Shown in pieces: positions 41,478 to 54,400 of a DNA stretch of 64,000 nucleotides. The notes beneath the pieces are model-generated. The model saw only the letters and a list, made by a program, of their open reading frames with translations. It did no database searches and was not told where the DNA came from. Positions within the stretch are counted from its first letter, which is position 1. Every line of letters starts with the position of its first letter. Made by a program: the position numbers and the translations under genes. Source of the stretch: Paragordius varius (taxonomy: Eukaryota; Animalia; Nematomorpha); the NCBI GenBank assembly GCA_964247055.1, contig OZ176057.1:1240001-1304000 (forward strand), written 5' to 3'.

Positions 41478-42121
41478 TTATATATATATATATAATGAAA
41501 TTATCATTTCAAACTAATTATAGAATTTATGAAATGTTTGTGAAAAGATATTCCAGTATTTAAATTATATATTTTTTTGCATAACATCTTCAATTAAATA
41601 AGTAGCAATATCGTGATAAAGTTATTTTTATGAAAAGACATCGAGTGTTTTTTTTACTTAAACGCAAAAACATGAGAATACCAATTCTAAATTTTAATGA
41701 TTGTGTTACTGGCACAAAAAAAATTTTGGTTAATTGACAAATTTAATTTGGCTAAGAAATATGGGTAAACTAAGAGTTAAATTAAATTTTTTGGACCAAT
41801 CATAGTCTAAATATTGCAATTCTATAGAATATAATAATAATAATAGATGATGGTAAATGACGGATTGATTATTTGTAATTACAGTTGTAAAATCCGTAAT
41901 ATAAGAGTGTTTCTTAGTTATTAAATTATTTTCTATGAAATTCCTAAGTAGCTATACTCTAAATCTAGGGTAACCTAGTGTTGTTTCAGTTTACTTTCAA
42001 ATTTTCAGCTTAGTTTTCATAAATATAAATTTAATTTAATTTAAATTCAAACCAACTGCATTTATACCAAAATTGCAAAGTTGGTTATATATACGAAAAC
42101 GATATTTAAAAACCCTAAGTA

Positions 42122-42187
42122 GTCAAATAGTTGTGTCGTACTGATGAGTGCTAACAAGCACGAAACTAGTTTACGATTACTATTGAC
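42122..42187 (+). ncRNA. Minimal type I hammerhead ribozyme (Penelope-type)
   Basis: Stem I gtcgta/tacgat (extendable through tag-at/tac-tat and gtc/gac), core CTGATGA (42141-42147), stem II gtgct-aaca-agcac, GAAA, minimal palindromic stem III (ACTAGT), cleavage triplet GUU with the predicted cut after 42171. Confidence 0.85.
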
Positions 42188-42554
42188 GAAGGGTTTCACA
42201 TATTGTTTATAATTTCTGTTAATAATTAGCTTTCTATTAATTTTCGATTATCATTATATTACACATTTTACAACTGTTATAATAATAATAATAATAATAG
42301 ATTATATCGATTGTTATTGCAGTCTTATACAGCAATCATTAAATAAATAATAGGTGCTAAAAATGGGATAATATTTTGATAAAAAATTAAAGAAATTTCA
42401 AATTCATGCGTTTGATGCAAAAAAATAATAAAAATGGTATGAAGGATGTGTACATGAATACGGCATTAGATTTATGCACTAAAAGCGACTTGAGATTTAT
42501 AATCCCAATTAAGCTACATTTTAGTTAGGATTAAGAATTTGGCCCCTGTAAATA

Positions 42555-42852
42555 TACCATTTACAATTCAAATTCTCCCTTGAACAATTCAAATTCACCA
42601 TCGAACAATTTAAATTCACCGTTTGTACAATTCAAATTCACCCTAAAAAACAATTAGTGTTTCGATCTAATATAACTTATTACTATTTATGGCATAGTTT
42701 ATTATTTTTTCAGTATTATTATAATTTTGCACAAAATTTTATTTTTTAAAAATATATATTAAAATATAGGTAATTTTTAATTTTAAAAAACACATAATTT
42801 ATTTGAGGGTAAATTTGAATTGTTCGAGGGTGAATTTGAATTGTAATTGATA
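42555..42852. mobile_element. MITE family A, full copy
   Basis: taccatttaca...tgtaattgata termini with 21-bp units. Confidence 0.85.
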
Positions 42853-43499
42853 CATAATAATCAGTGTTTTCACTACACACATTTATGGTTGAAGCAGGCA
42901 TCATATCTGCAAAATGTATTTTTAAAACAAACGCAAAGTTTACCGTGTGAATTGTGTTATGATAAAATTAAAAATTGGTATTTCGAATTTGATTAAATTT
43001 AATATACGTAGTATATAAATGATAATAACGTGATAAATATATGCTTGTAGATTTTGATCACTAAATTAATTGATGGGTAGTCTAAAGAATTTTACTGGCA
43101 CCTAAACTAGGTCAAAAATATATATGAAGACTAAAACTGTGTATATTTGCTCATGGAAACCGATAAATTTTGAAAATTTATTAAATAAGAATACATAGTT
43201 TTGCCATTTATTATTTATCATATATCGTAGTGTGATTAATATGACTTTTTTGACTGCTATTTAAACGCTTTCCTCGGTTATCAAATTATATAATCCACAA
43301 TCTACCTACTCATATATTAAAGTCGAGCTTGCATATTTTTCTAACATAATCTGATTTAGGCTGATAAGATAAAAAATGGTTATCTACAAATAAAAATGCC
43401 ACTACATACCCTTTGGGGTATTATTGTAATAAAAAGCAATTAAGAGAGTTTTTATTGGGTCAAATTTAAAAATATTAAACATGCAATATTTTAATAAAT

Positions 43500-44085
43500 T
43501 GTTTGTAAAAGTGTGAAAGATCTTAATCTCAGACAATTTTTTATTATTGTAGTGGGTTTTATTTATTACTTTAAAACCTTTGAGGTAGTTATCATACCAG
43601 AGCGATTTGAAATTTAAATTAAAAATGTTAAAGATATTAAATTGAACTTATAAATATACTTTTAGTTTTTTAGGCACATTATACATTTTTCCAAAGAGAA
43701 AAGGGATCTTTTCTCAAACTTTTTGCCGCTATTTTCTTTCTATAGATTTATTGATCGCGCTAATGCAACATTGAAATAGACGTATATTATAGTTAGAAAA
43801 TGTAAATAATTATCTTTTAAAAGTTTCAAGCTACACTTTACCAGAAAAAACTAGATATTCAATTTTAATATCAGCTGTTCGTTTTGGTAGTGTTTTGGAA
43901 CTGTCCCAATTTTTGCTAGAAGTCACAAAAATGTAATCTTATTAATTCCAAATACATAAGAAGAATGATAAATAAATTTAAATAAAATAATTTTCAAAAC
44001 TGTAGTTTGTTTACAAAATTAAACTCAGGGATATCAAATTACCCAATATGTAAATTAAGTCATAAAAATGAAAGTAAGTGTTTAA
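43500..44085 (-). mobile_element. Repeat family C copy
   Basis: Reverse-complement homology to 1265-1762 (ctcaaactttttgccgct, aatatcagctgttcgttt, ttacccaatatgtaaa). Confidence 0.55.
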
Positions 44086-44181
44086 ATTGATAAATCCCAT
44101 GCAAAACTTCTATGTACATCTTTTTTAAACTTAACTACAAATGATGATTAGTTATATTGAGTGTCAAATTTTTTATCAGTT

Positions 44182-44660
44182 CACTTCGATTCAAATTGAA
44201 GTCTCTAAATACCCCAAAAAATATTTAAATTGATATTTTTTAAAAACTACTGAAAGAAACGGTCATTTAAATTTATGCTTTTATCCTAAGGAAAATTATA
44301 TAAATAAATTGAAATATCGAAATATAGGTTATAGAAAAAAGTTCCATATCAAACTACCCATTTTATTGTACAATATTTTTACATATGGTGTTTATTTATT
44401 TTTAAAGCTAAAGTTAAAGCTTCATATTTAAATCACATCTAACATTAATAGCAACGAAAAATGGCTTTTTTTTTAAATTTACCCTATGCACACAATCATG
44501 TCGACTACATTATAATCTTTGAGTTTTACCTTAAAAGTAATATATTTGAATAAATTTTACATAGTAAGTGCAAACCTTTACCATATTTTCCATATTTTTT
44601 ATAGTATTTAATTATAAACAGCCTTGGGGTATCCAACTGCCCCAATTCGAATCAAAGGAA
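44182..44660. mobile_element. MITE family D copy
   Basis: cacttcgattcaaattg ... cccaattcgaatcaaagg TIRs; internal homology to 34497-35039. Confidence 0.65.
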
Positions 44661-45490
44661 TGAAATGAATGTTTTTTATCCAAAAATACCCATATATATT
44701 TGTGGTTTTAATTTTTTGAATCAAAAATGTGCGCTGTGACTCCATTTGTTTTGTATCCTTGCATTAAAGGCTAAAATGTTAGTTTTTTTGCAACTATGTT
44801 AAAGTCGATTATAATAATGTCAATGTATTGCATCAGACCTAAACAACAAAAAAGATTCACCATCAAATTAAAGTACTTAAAAAATCTATGTTGGATTAAT
44901 TAAAATTTGCTAGGTCTGATGCATTCTTTTAGGCCCTTTTTAACAAACTTTTGATAGTCATTATTACTTTTATTCAAGCGGATATATGATTTTTATATAT
45001 AATGTTCATTAGATTTTCGTCCGCGATGACGCCTTTAGGGTAATTGATGAAAATTTAATTATTCAACATTGTCCTGTTTTAGATAAAAATCTTATATTAT
45101 TTATATTAAATTTTTATTTAGAATTCGAACAGCTCTAAAACCAAATAATCGGATATTAATTTTAAAAATCATTTAATATAAAGTTTTTTAAAATTTAAAA
45201 TTCTTACCATATCTCATATATTTGCCCGTTGTATCAGCAAAGTAACTAATAAAGTAAAGTTGTTCACGCTTTACTTTTTAAGCATGCGCCTTAAAAAAGT
45301 TCAGATAACATTAATTTTTAGTAAAAGCGTTTTTTTAAAGCTATACACCTATGAAATTAAATGTTATTATATTCTTAACAAAGCATTAAATTAAATTTAT
45401 ATTTTGAAATATCAAACTATGTTGATTTAATTTTTTTATTATAAATATATCAGCAGGTACACTATAAAACGCTTTTCCAATATGTAATAC

Positions 45491-48400
45491 ATGCTTTTTC
45501 ACCCCAAGCCCTTGCTGAAAACAATAAAATTTTCCAATCAAAATTTTAAAAAATTTATGTCCCATTTATTGGCTGATATGAAGTCATCAGGAATACGGAA
45601 AAAACAAAAATTTTCTGACAATACTTTTGGAAATGTTCCGACCACTGCTTATTTGGAGGTGATTGGATGTGGGGCCAGGGGTTCTCCTAAAAGCGTGCAT
45701 CTCTTTACAAATACTTTAAGGTTAGATATTATTAAAAAAAATTTTTAATTATTTAAACTATTTTTGAAAAATTTTATTTTTTGGAAGGGCATTTTAAAAT
45801 GCGTATTGAATTTTTACCAAATGCCGATGGTGTGACGAATTTAAAAATATTAATGCTATTATGAATATTTAATAGTTAATAAAATATAAAAGCCAATTAT
45901 TTAATAATTTTATTGTTTGAACAATTTGATATCATTTGCGAAATGGAAAATTCAATTTACTTTGGCAAGTCTTTAATTGTTAATTATTATTTAAAAGTGA
46001 TCATTCGAAACTTACTTTTCTGTAAATAAAATTATTTATATAAAATTTATCTAAACATTATTTATAATCTGATTTTAGCAACAAAACTTTTTATGATTAT
46101 TTTGTAAGAATTTTTAAATCTAAATTTAAATAGCACTCAAGTTAAAAATGTGAAATGTTAAGTTATCATTTAAATTATTTTAGATATATGTTCAATGTCG
46201 GTGAAGGTATTCAAAGGTTAGTCACTGAACATAAATGCAAACTTTCCCGGCTCTCTGGTATATACATATTTTATTGCAATTAAACTGTATTTCGATTTTT
46301 ATCTACTTAATATAATGGATTTATTAATAAATTTTTGGGTAGTAACTCAATCATTATATGTAATATAATTACATTTTTCCCAATACTCATGTGCTATTTG
46401 CAGTTTGAGTTTATTAATTAATTGTTTAACATACTATACATTGCAAATGGTAATAACTAATTAATTAAATATTCTTCGATTATTATCTTGTTATTAGTTG
46501 ATTGTAATTTTAGATATATCAATGTAAACCATTTAAAAATTATATGTACTATTTTGCTGGTAATCGAATTTTTTTTAATATTTTATAATGTATTTTATCC
46601 AAAAAATTTAAGGTATATTCATTACACATTCATCATGGGACAACCTTGGTGGCTTACCTGGCATCCTTTTATGTTTACGAGATATAAACATTAAAAAGGT
46701 TACTTTGCATGGCCCACCCAGGGCTGAGAATCTTTTCATCATGACCAAGGGGTTTATGGAAACGCAAGATATAGAAATTGGTAATAAAAGTGAGTTGCGC
46801 AAGAAATTACAGTAGGAGAAATCGACACTAAATGAGTTAATTGGTTCGGCAATGATTATATAATCATTGGTGCACCAAATAACTATGCAATGTCCTTTTC
46901 TCTGAAAGTTTTCTTGTTAATAAAACATTTAAGCGGTAGAAATATTGTATAAATTAAAACTTATTTAATTATAATTTATTTCACATGGAATAGAACATTT
47001 ATATTTCAGATTTTTCATTCTTTTTGTTTAACTTTATAAAAACTTTATAAAATTTGCCACGATAAAATATTTGTTACCATACTAAATTGCGTATTTTTTT
47101 TCGTTTTGCTTAGAAAAATATGATTACCACAAACAGATATACAATGATGGTTGTATTCAAGTAGAGTATGTACCTATATATCCCACCACGGATTTTAATC
47201 AGGAAAACGCTGTTTCATATGGTGATATGAATGGCCAAAATTCGTGTCCTATCCCTCACGATTTAAGCGCCACCACTGATTATTCTGATCATACGTTATC
47301 CTCTTCCACATCTGACTCCCTTGATATAAATGAAAATAACCAAAAATATAAACTCAAAAAACTTGAAAATACGAGAGAAGCTTTAGGGGATATTGAAAGG
47401 AACAAATCCAAAAAGCCTGGAGACAGAGATACAGTTTTAGCTTTTATAGTTAAGGTTTGATATACATTTGACATTTTATATTTGATTGATTAGTTCGAAT
47501 CTTAGACTCTTCATAGACTTAGCTGATTATTAAGTTAAATGTTAAGTTTTAAAATGTTAGTATTATATAGTTTTTAGAGTGAATGAAAATTGTTGAGTTT
47601 GTTTAAAAGAGTTGTTTTAATATAAATTTTATCAATGAAAAAACTGGATTTATTGAACGTTTAATTATTATTATATGGTTTAAAAATGTTGGGATTTGTA
47701 AAATTTTGCGTTTGATGTAAAATTTGTTTAAAAGAAATGGTGTAATAGTTTAAAGGGGTTGGAGTATGACAAATTTTCAGTAATAATAAACTGTTGAATT
47801 TTTTTAGCTGTAAAATGGTCAATATATATATTTACCCTTTTCAATTCAACTTACAGTTAGCAGATAAACCTGGTCAATTAAATTTTCAAAAATGTTTGGA
47901 ATTCAAGGTTCCCCCAAACAGCCCAAAATTGTCACAACTTAAAAATGGACAAGATATAACATTGGATGATGGCACAATAGTAAATAATTAAATTTAAATT
48001 TTATTTTGATATTTGCAAAATTTACATTTAAATATTGAAAAATATTTTTTTTCCTCTAAAATTTACTAAAATTTTAAGTTATTTTTAATTTTATTTTTAT
48101 CTTATTAAAACATTTAAAACATTTACTCGTCAATATTTTTAATACATTGAAATATTTATAAATATCATTATTAATTAAAAACTCAAAATATTTATATATA
48201 GGTTTAAAGAATAAATACTTTGCCGATACCATTTTTATTCGATAAAAAACAATATTTAATTTTAAACTTATTTAACTCTGAAACTATTTTACATTGTTTA
48301 AAGATGAATATAAACTCCTTAAGCCTATGTATGGAGTGTAAATGGTGTTGAAATTGTTTTTTTATACGTAATAAAAAGTTACAATTTGGACCTATTTTAT

Positions 48401-51400
48401 ATTAAACTTATTAACGTGGTTTGAAATTTAAAGAATTTTTTTTATTTTTTTTTTATTTCTCGTAAATTAAAAAAATCATTAAAATATATTTATAAGATGT
48501 TTTAAACTAAAATTTTATTATATTCATTTTTTTACATTTTTTTATTTATTCAATATTTATAATTAATAAAGATATCAAAATATATTTTTGAAAATACTAC
48601 TTAATTCTATTATATATATACTATTCCATTTACTCCTCAAATGTACAATTTTAATACATCCTTGAATAAATTATGTATTTTTAAATATTATGAATTGCTT
48701 ATATTTTTTTATATTTCTTATCAATTAAATTTCATTCAAAATTGAAATAATACTCAATAAATAGCTTATGCTGCCATATAGAAATATTTCATAATATTAA
48801 TGATGATAAGTTATTTTAGGGTGAATATAGTTTTAAGGTGAATCTGAAATATAATTCAAGGGTGAATTTGAGTTGTTAATTTATAAAATTTAAAAAATTA
48901 TATTTACAATTATTATTTTTATTGCATTTTCAAGGTGAAATCTAGCGATGTGTTAGGTAGCACGGAAAAAGGTCAATCCTTTGCAGTTATTGAATGTCCA
49001 CACGTAAAATATCTCAACAATTTAATTCAAAATACTGCATTTGATCCGTATTTCACACAAAATTACAATTTTGATCATGACAAAAGTATTTATTCTTCTT
49101 ATGGTAATATGTATATCATTTGCACTTCAAGAATGTCCTTAAACACTTTAAGTTAATCCTTGAAACTTCAAATTGGGCCTTGAACATTTCAAGTTCATCC
49201 TTGAACATTTCAAGTTGTTTCTTGAACACTTAAAGTTGGTACTTTAACATTTCAAGTTGGTCCTTGAACACTTTAAGTAGATCCTTGAACACTTCAAGAG
49301 TGTCCTTAACACTTCAAGAGTGTTTAACACTTCAAGTTGGTCCTTGAGCATTTTAAGTTAGTCCTGAACACTTCACACTTCAAGTTAATCCTTGAACATT
49401 TCAAGTTGGTTCTTGAACATTTCAAGTTGGTCCTTTAACATTTCAAGTTGGTCCTTTAACATTTCAAGTTGGTCCTTTAACATTTCAAGTTGGTCCTTGA
49501 CCACTTCAGATTAGTCCTTGAACAGTTCAAGTTGATCCTTAAACACTTCAAGAGTGTCCTAAGTTAGTCCTTGAACATTTCATGTTGGTCCTTGAACATT
49601 TTAAGTTGGTCCTTGAACACTTCAAGTTGTTTCTTGAACACTTAAAGTTGGTACTTTAACATTTCAAGTTGGTCCTTGAACACTTTAAGTAGATCCTTGA
49701 ACACTTCAAGAGTGTCCTTAACACTTCAAGAGTGTTTAACACTTCAAGTTGGTCCTTGAGCATTTTAAGTTAGTCCTGAACACTTCACACTTCAAGTTAA
49801 TCCTTGAACATTTCAAGTTGGTTCTTGAACATTTCAAGTTGGTCCTTTAACATTTCAAGTTGGTCCTTTAACATTTCAAGTTGGTCCTTTAACATTTCAA
49901 GTTGGTCCTTGACCACTTCAGATTAGTCCTTGAACAGTTCAAGTTGATCCTTAAACACTTCAAGAGTGTCCTAAGTTAGTCCTTGAACATTTCATGTTGG
50001 TCCTTGAACATTTTAAGTTGGTCCTTGAACACTTCAAGTTGTTTCTTGAACACTTAAAGTTGGTCCTTTAACATTTCAAGTTGGTCCTTTAACATTTCAA
50101 GTTGGTCCTTTAACATTTCAAGTTGGTCCTTGACCACTTCAGATTAGTCCTTGAACAGTTTAAGTTGATCCTTAAACACTTCAAGAGTGTCCTAAGTTAG
50201 TCCTTGAACATTTCATGTTGGTCCTTGAACATTTTAAGTTGGTCCTTGAACACTTCAAGTTGTTTCTTGAACACTTAAAGTTGGTACTTTAACATTTCAA
50301 GTTGGTCCTTGAACACTTTAAGTAGATCCTTGAACACTTCAAGAGTGTCCTTAACACTTCAAGAGTGTTTAACACTTCAAGTTGGTCCTTGAACATTTCA
50401 AGTTGGTCCTTGAACATTTCAAGTTGGTCCTAGAACATTTCAAGTTGGTTCTTGAACATTTCAAGTTGGTCCTTGAACATTTCAAATTATTTCTTGAACA
50501 CTTCAAGTTGGTCCTTTAACCTTTTTGTTATGTTCTTTTATCAATCAAATTGTAAATAATTTATCTATTTTATTGTTTTTAACCTATTTTCTATTACTTA
50601 ACATAAATTTTAAATCGATATCAACTTGAGAAATTGTATATATCTTTATCAATTTCTTAAAATTATTTTGAATATTTATTAAGTCTTTAACACGTAATTA
50701 AAAAATATATAAGACTTGTTGGTATTATTTTTAATTGTTTAAATTGAAAAAAGATTTTTTAGAATTAAAATATTTTAAATGAATAAATATATAATAAATA
50801 AAGAAAATTTGGTTTCAACATAATAAAATAGAAAAATAAATGCAAATATTATAGTTTAATTAAAATTTAAAAATTTTAAGGTCTAACTTGAAATGTTCAA
50901 GGACCAACTTGGAGTGTTAAAGAACACTGTTGAAAAGCCAATGGTATATATAAATCAAGAAAATCCTTTATATTATGGAATTTTTACCTGTATAATTTTA
51001 ATTTTTACTGTAGATATCCTTATAGCTTTTGCGGTCAAAAATATTTTTCCCCCTCTATAAAAAACAAGATTTTTTCTCTATACATCATTAATATTATTTG
51101 TTTAAAAATTATTCTAAAATTAATAAAAAATAATTTTTATATATATATATATATATATTGATAAAATATATAATTTTCAATTTTAAGAGGATTTTTCTAA
51201 TATTTTACTATATATATATAAAATATCTATAAATTAAATTTATGATCAATATCAATTATTTTAAATATCAAATTAAAAATAGAAAGTGAAAAGACCCTAG
51301 CTGCCATAGTACATTTCAGTCCAGAAAATATTGTTAAACTACCTCTATATCAAGATTGGATTGCAAAGTAATAATTAAATATTTTTTTTCTTTTTTTTGA

Positions 51401-54400
51401 TAAAACATTTCTGAAAAAAACTAATTTTCAGGAATATTTTAGTATTTTATAAATATTTGTAAGTAAAAAAAATTAAGTTATGTTTTATCCAGGTAGATAT
51501 GAAAGCGAAATATCAATTATTTATGAAATTAATGCGGTGTGGCGATATATAAAATATTTTCAAATTTAATATTAAATAGGATTGATTTTATATAAATTTC
51601 CGACATTTTTCGTTAAAATAAGATAAAATTATTTCAATGTTTTGGGCTCATTTTAAATATACTTACTACCGATATTATAATTATAAGTTTTAAAATATAC
51701 ATGGCATAGTTAGATTATTAAAGGAAATATTATATATTGAAATTGTGCTATTTTTTAAATTTGAAAAAATTTTTAAAGATATGATTAAGTTTTTTCAAAC
51801 TTTTTTTTAAATACAGGTGCAAAGGTCGGGACATTTATAGTTAAATTTTCCTCATAATTCTAAATAACTTATTTTTTAATTTTTTTTTTGAAAATTTAAA
51901 CTTATTTATACAACCTATACTCAATTTTTAGGGTGGAAAAATATTGATAATTATCATTAATTTTCCATAAAACTGCTTTTATAATATACAATTTATACAT
52001 TTAAACTATTCATTACATATTTTCCGTAAAAAATGCGCTTTATAAAGAATTTAATTGTAAATATGGAAATTTAAATGATGTATTTGAAATTATACTACGG
52101 ACAAAACGTAAAAATATAAAACGACAAACATTTTTTTCTAAAAGACTACGACCATACTTTTTAAATCTTGATTCATTTTAATATAACTCATTGTTTTAAA
52201 TGGCTGGCAAAGTGTGAAATAGAGTTATAAATTACTAACACAATCAATTCTCTATTTTGCAATTGTAAGTAAATAGCTTATATGGGAAAAATAAAGGTTT
52301 ATAAAAGTATGGGTTGTCTTTTAGATAAAAATATTTGTCTTTATATTGTTTTCTACTTTTTAAATCTTGATTTATTTCAATAACTCATTGTAAATGGCAA
52401 AGTCTGAAATAGAGTTATAAATTAAATTAATCCTATATTTCACAATTGTAACTAAATAGCTTATATGGGAAAAATTAAGGTTTATAAAAGTATGGTTTGT
52501 CTTTTAGATAAAAATATTTGTCTTTATACTATTATGTTCGTATAATTTCAATTTTTACTGTATATATTTATAAAACAAAACAAGGTGTTTATTTCGAATA
52601 AATTTTGTCAAACTTATATAACATAAAACATATATACCATGAAATCTACAAATTTACCCTCTAAATATATCAATGTCACGCTAAAACAAATAGTTTTTTT
52701 TTATATCAAAAAATATTTATAATATTACTTTACATACTATTTACAGTTCAATTTTAAATCCTCAAACAATTTAAAATAATCCACCCTAAAATAAATTAGG
52801 TGTTTTTAAATTTAAAAATTACCTGTATATTTTTTAAAAATGAAATTTCATAACTATGCCATAAGAATATATTTTATGATAATGATAGAGTTATATTAGC
52901 CCCCGAAAACACATATTTAAGTCATTTTTAGGGTGAATTTGAATTGATGGTAATTTTTATATCTTACTCATGAATTCCATAAAAAGTTATATAATACGGA
53001 AAAAATTATATATATCATATAAATTATGTCATATAGATAAGTTTATTAGAAATGTTCAAGGGGGAATTTATAATATAAAGGGTATATTTACTTATATATT
53101 CCATTTACAGTTCAAATTCACCCAACAATTCAAATTCACCCTAAAAATAAATTATGTGTTTTTGAACTAATAAAACTCATTATTAATATATAATATAGAT
53201 TATGTTATAATTTATTAGTTTTTTAGTATTATTTTAATACTAAAACAAAATTTTTATTCGTTAAAAATATGTAAAAAGACTGGTATTTTTGATTTCAAAA
53301 ACATATATATTTTATTCGAGGGTGAATTTGAATTGTTTAAGGGTGAATTTGAACTGTTTAAGGGTGAATTTAAACAGTTTAAGAGTGAATTTGAATTCAA
53401 GGGTGAATTTGAATTGTTCAAGGGTCAATTTGAATTGTTCACGGGTGAAATTGAATTGTACAAAGGGGTGAATTTGAATAGTTCGAGGGTGAATTATTGT
53501 TCAAGGGTGGATTTGAATTGTTCAAAGGTAAATTTGAATTAAGGGTAATTTGAATTGTCCGAAGGTGAATTTGAATTGTTTAAGGGTGAATTTTAATTGT
53601 ACAAGGGTGAATTTGAATTGTTCGAGGGTGAATTTGAATTGTTCAATGGTCAATTTGAACTATAAATGGTATACATTTTTACATAAAAGTTTAATATATT
53701 TTTGCCCTAAAAAAATCTATTTATGATTTTTTTTCAGATTTGGACCACACACTACCCACATTTACATAAATGATGGAAATAACGATTGTTTATCACTGTT
53801 AAGCCCGCTAGAACTTCAAACTAAATTAAACTGCGTGGATTCTAGAATATTCCCGACACCTATTATTAATAAATTTGACCCGACAAGTTTCCTAGAAAAT
53901 GATAAAATTTCACAAAGTTTGTTTGAAAGCAAGCCAGTAGATGGAATAATGACAGAAAAAAATAGTTTTATTCACAATAATATTATTACAATAGGTAGAA
54001 AAAATGGAAATAATTCAGCTTATAATAATATATATGGCAAACCACTTGATAAATTTTATTTGAGACCATATAAAAATAATACTGTTAATGTCAACATTAA
54101 TGAAAACAATGTAATGAACATTAATGAAAATTATGTGCCTTATGCCAATGAGCTGATTTTAGATAGCAATAACAATATGAATAATACCACTGATAAAGGT
54201 TGTTTGAAATATTAAAAAAAAAATTTTATGTCAAAAATTATAATGTTAATATTTTAAAATAAATTTAATTATTTAATAGTAATGGATATATTTTTTTTGA
54301 TTGATTCACGTTTTATTACTTACTGCTTGCTTTTCAAATGCTTTTTTTGCAGTAATAATATTTAGTATTGTTGTAATATTTTCAAATTTTTTTGGTTTAA

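Noticed and set aside
47490-47505. tRNA gene (gttcgaatc T-loop-like motif)
   Set aside because: No T-stem, acceptor stem or D/anticodon arms can be formed.
49125-50520. CRISPR array
   Set aside because: The units are directly adjacent with no unique spacers, there are no cas genes, and the context is a eukaryotic intron. It is a minisatellite.
53289-53542. ORFs with RVNLNC / FKGEFEL repeats (also 7691.., 23033.., 61127..)
   Set aside because: They are translations of the 21-bp MITE arm units.
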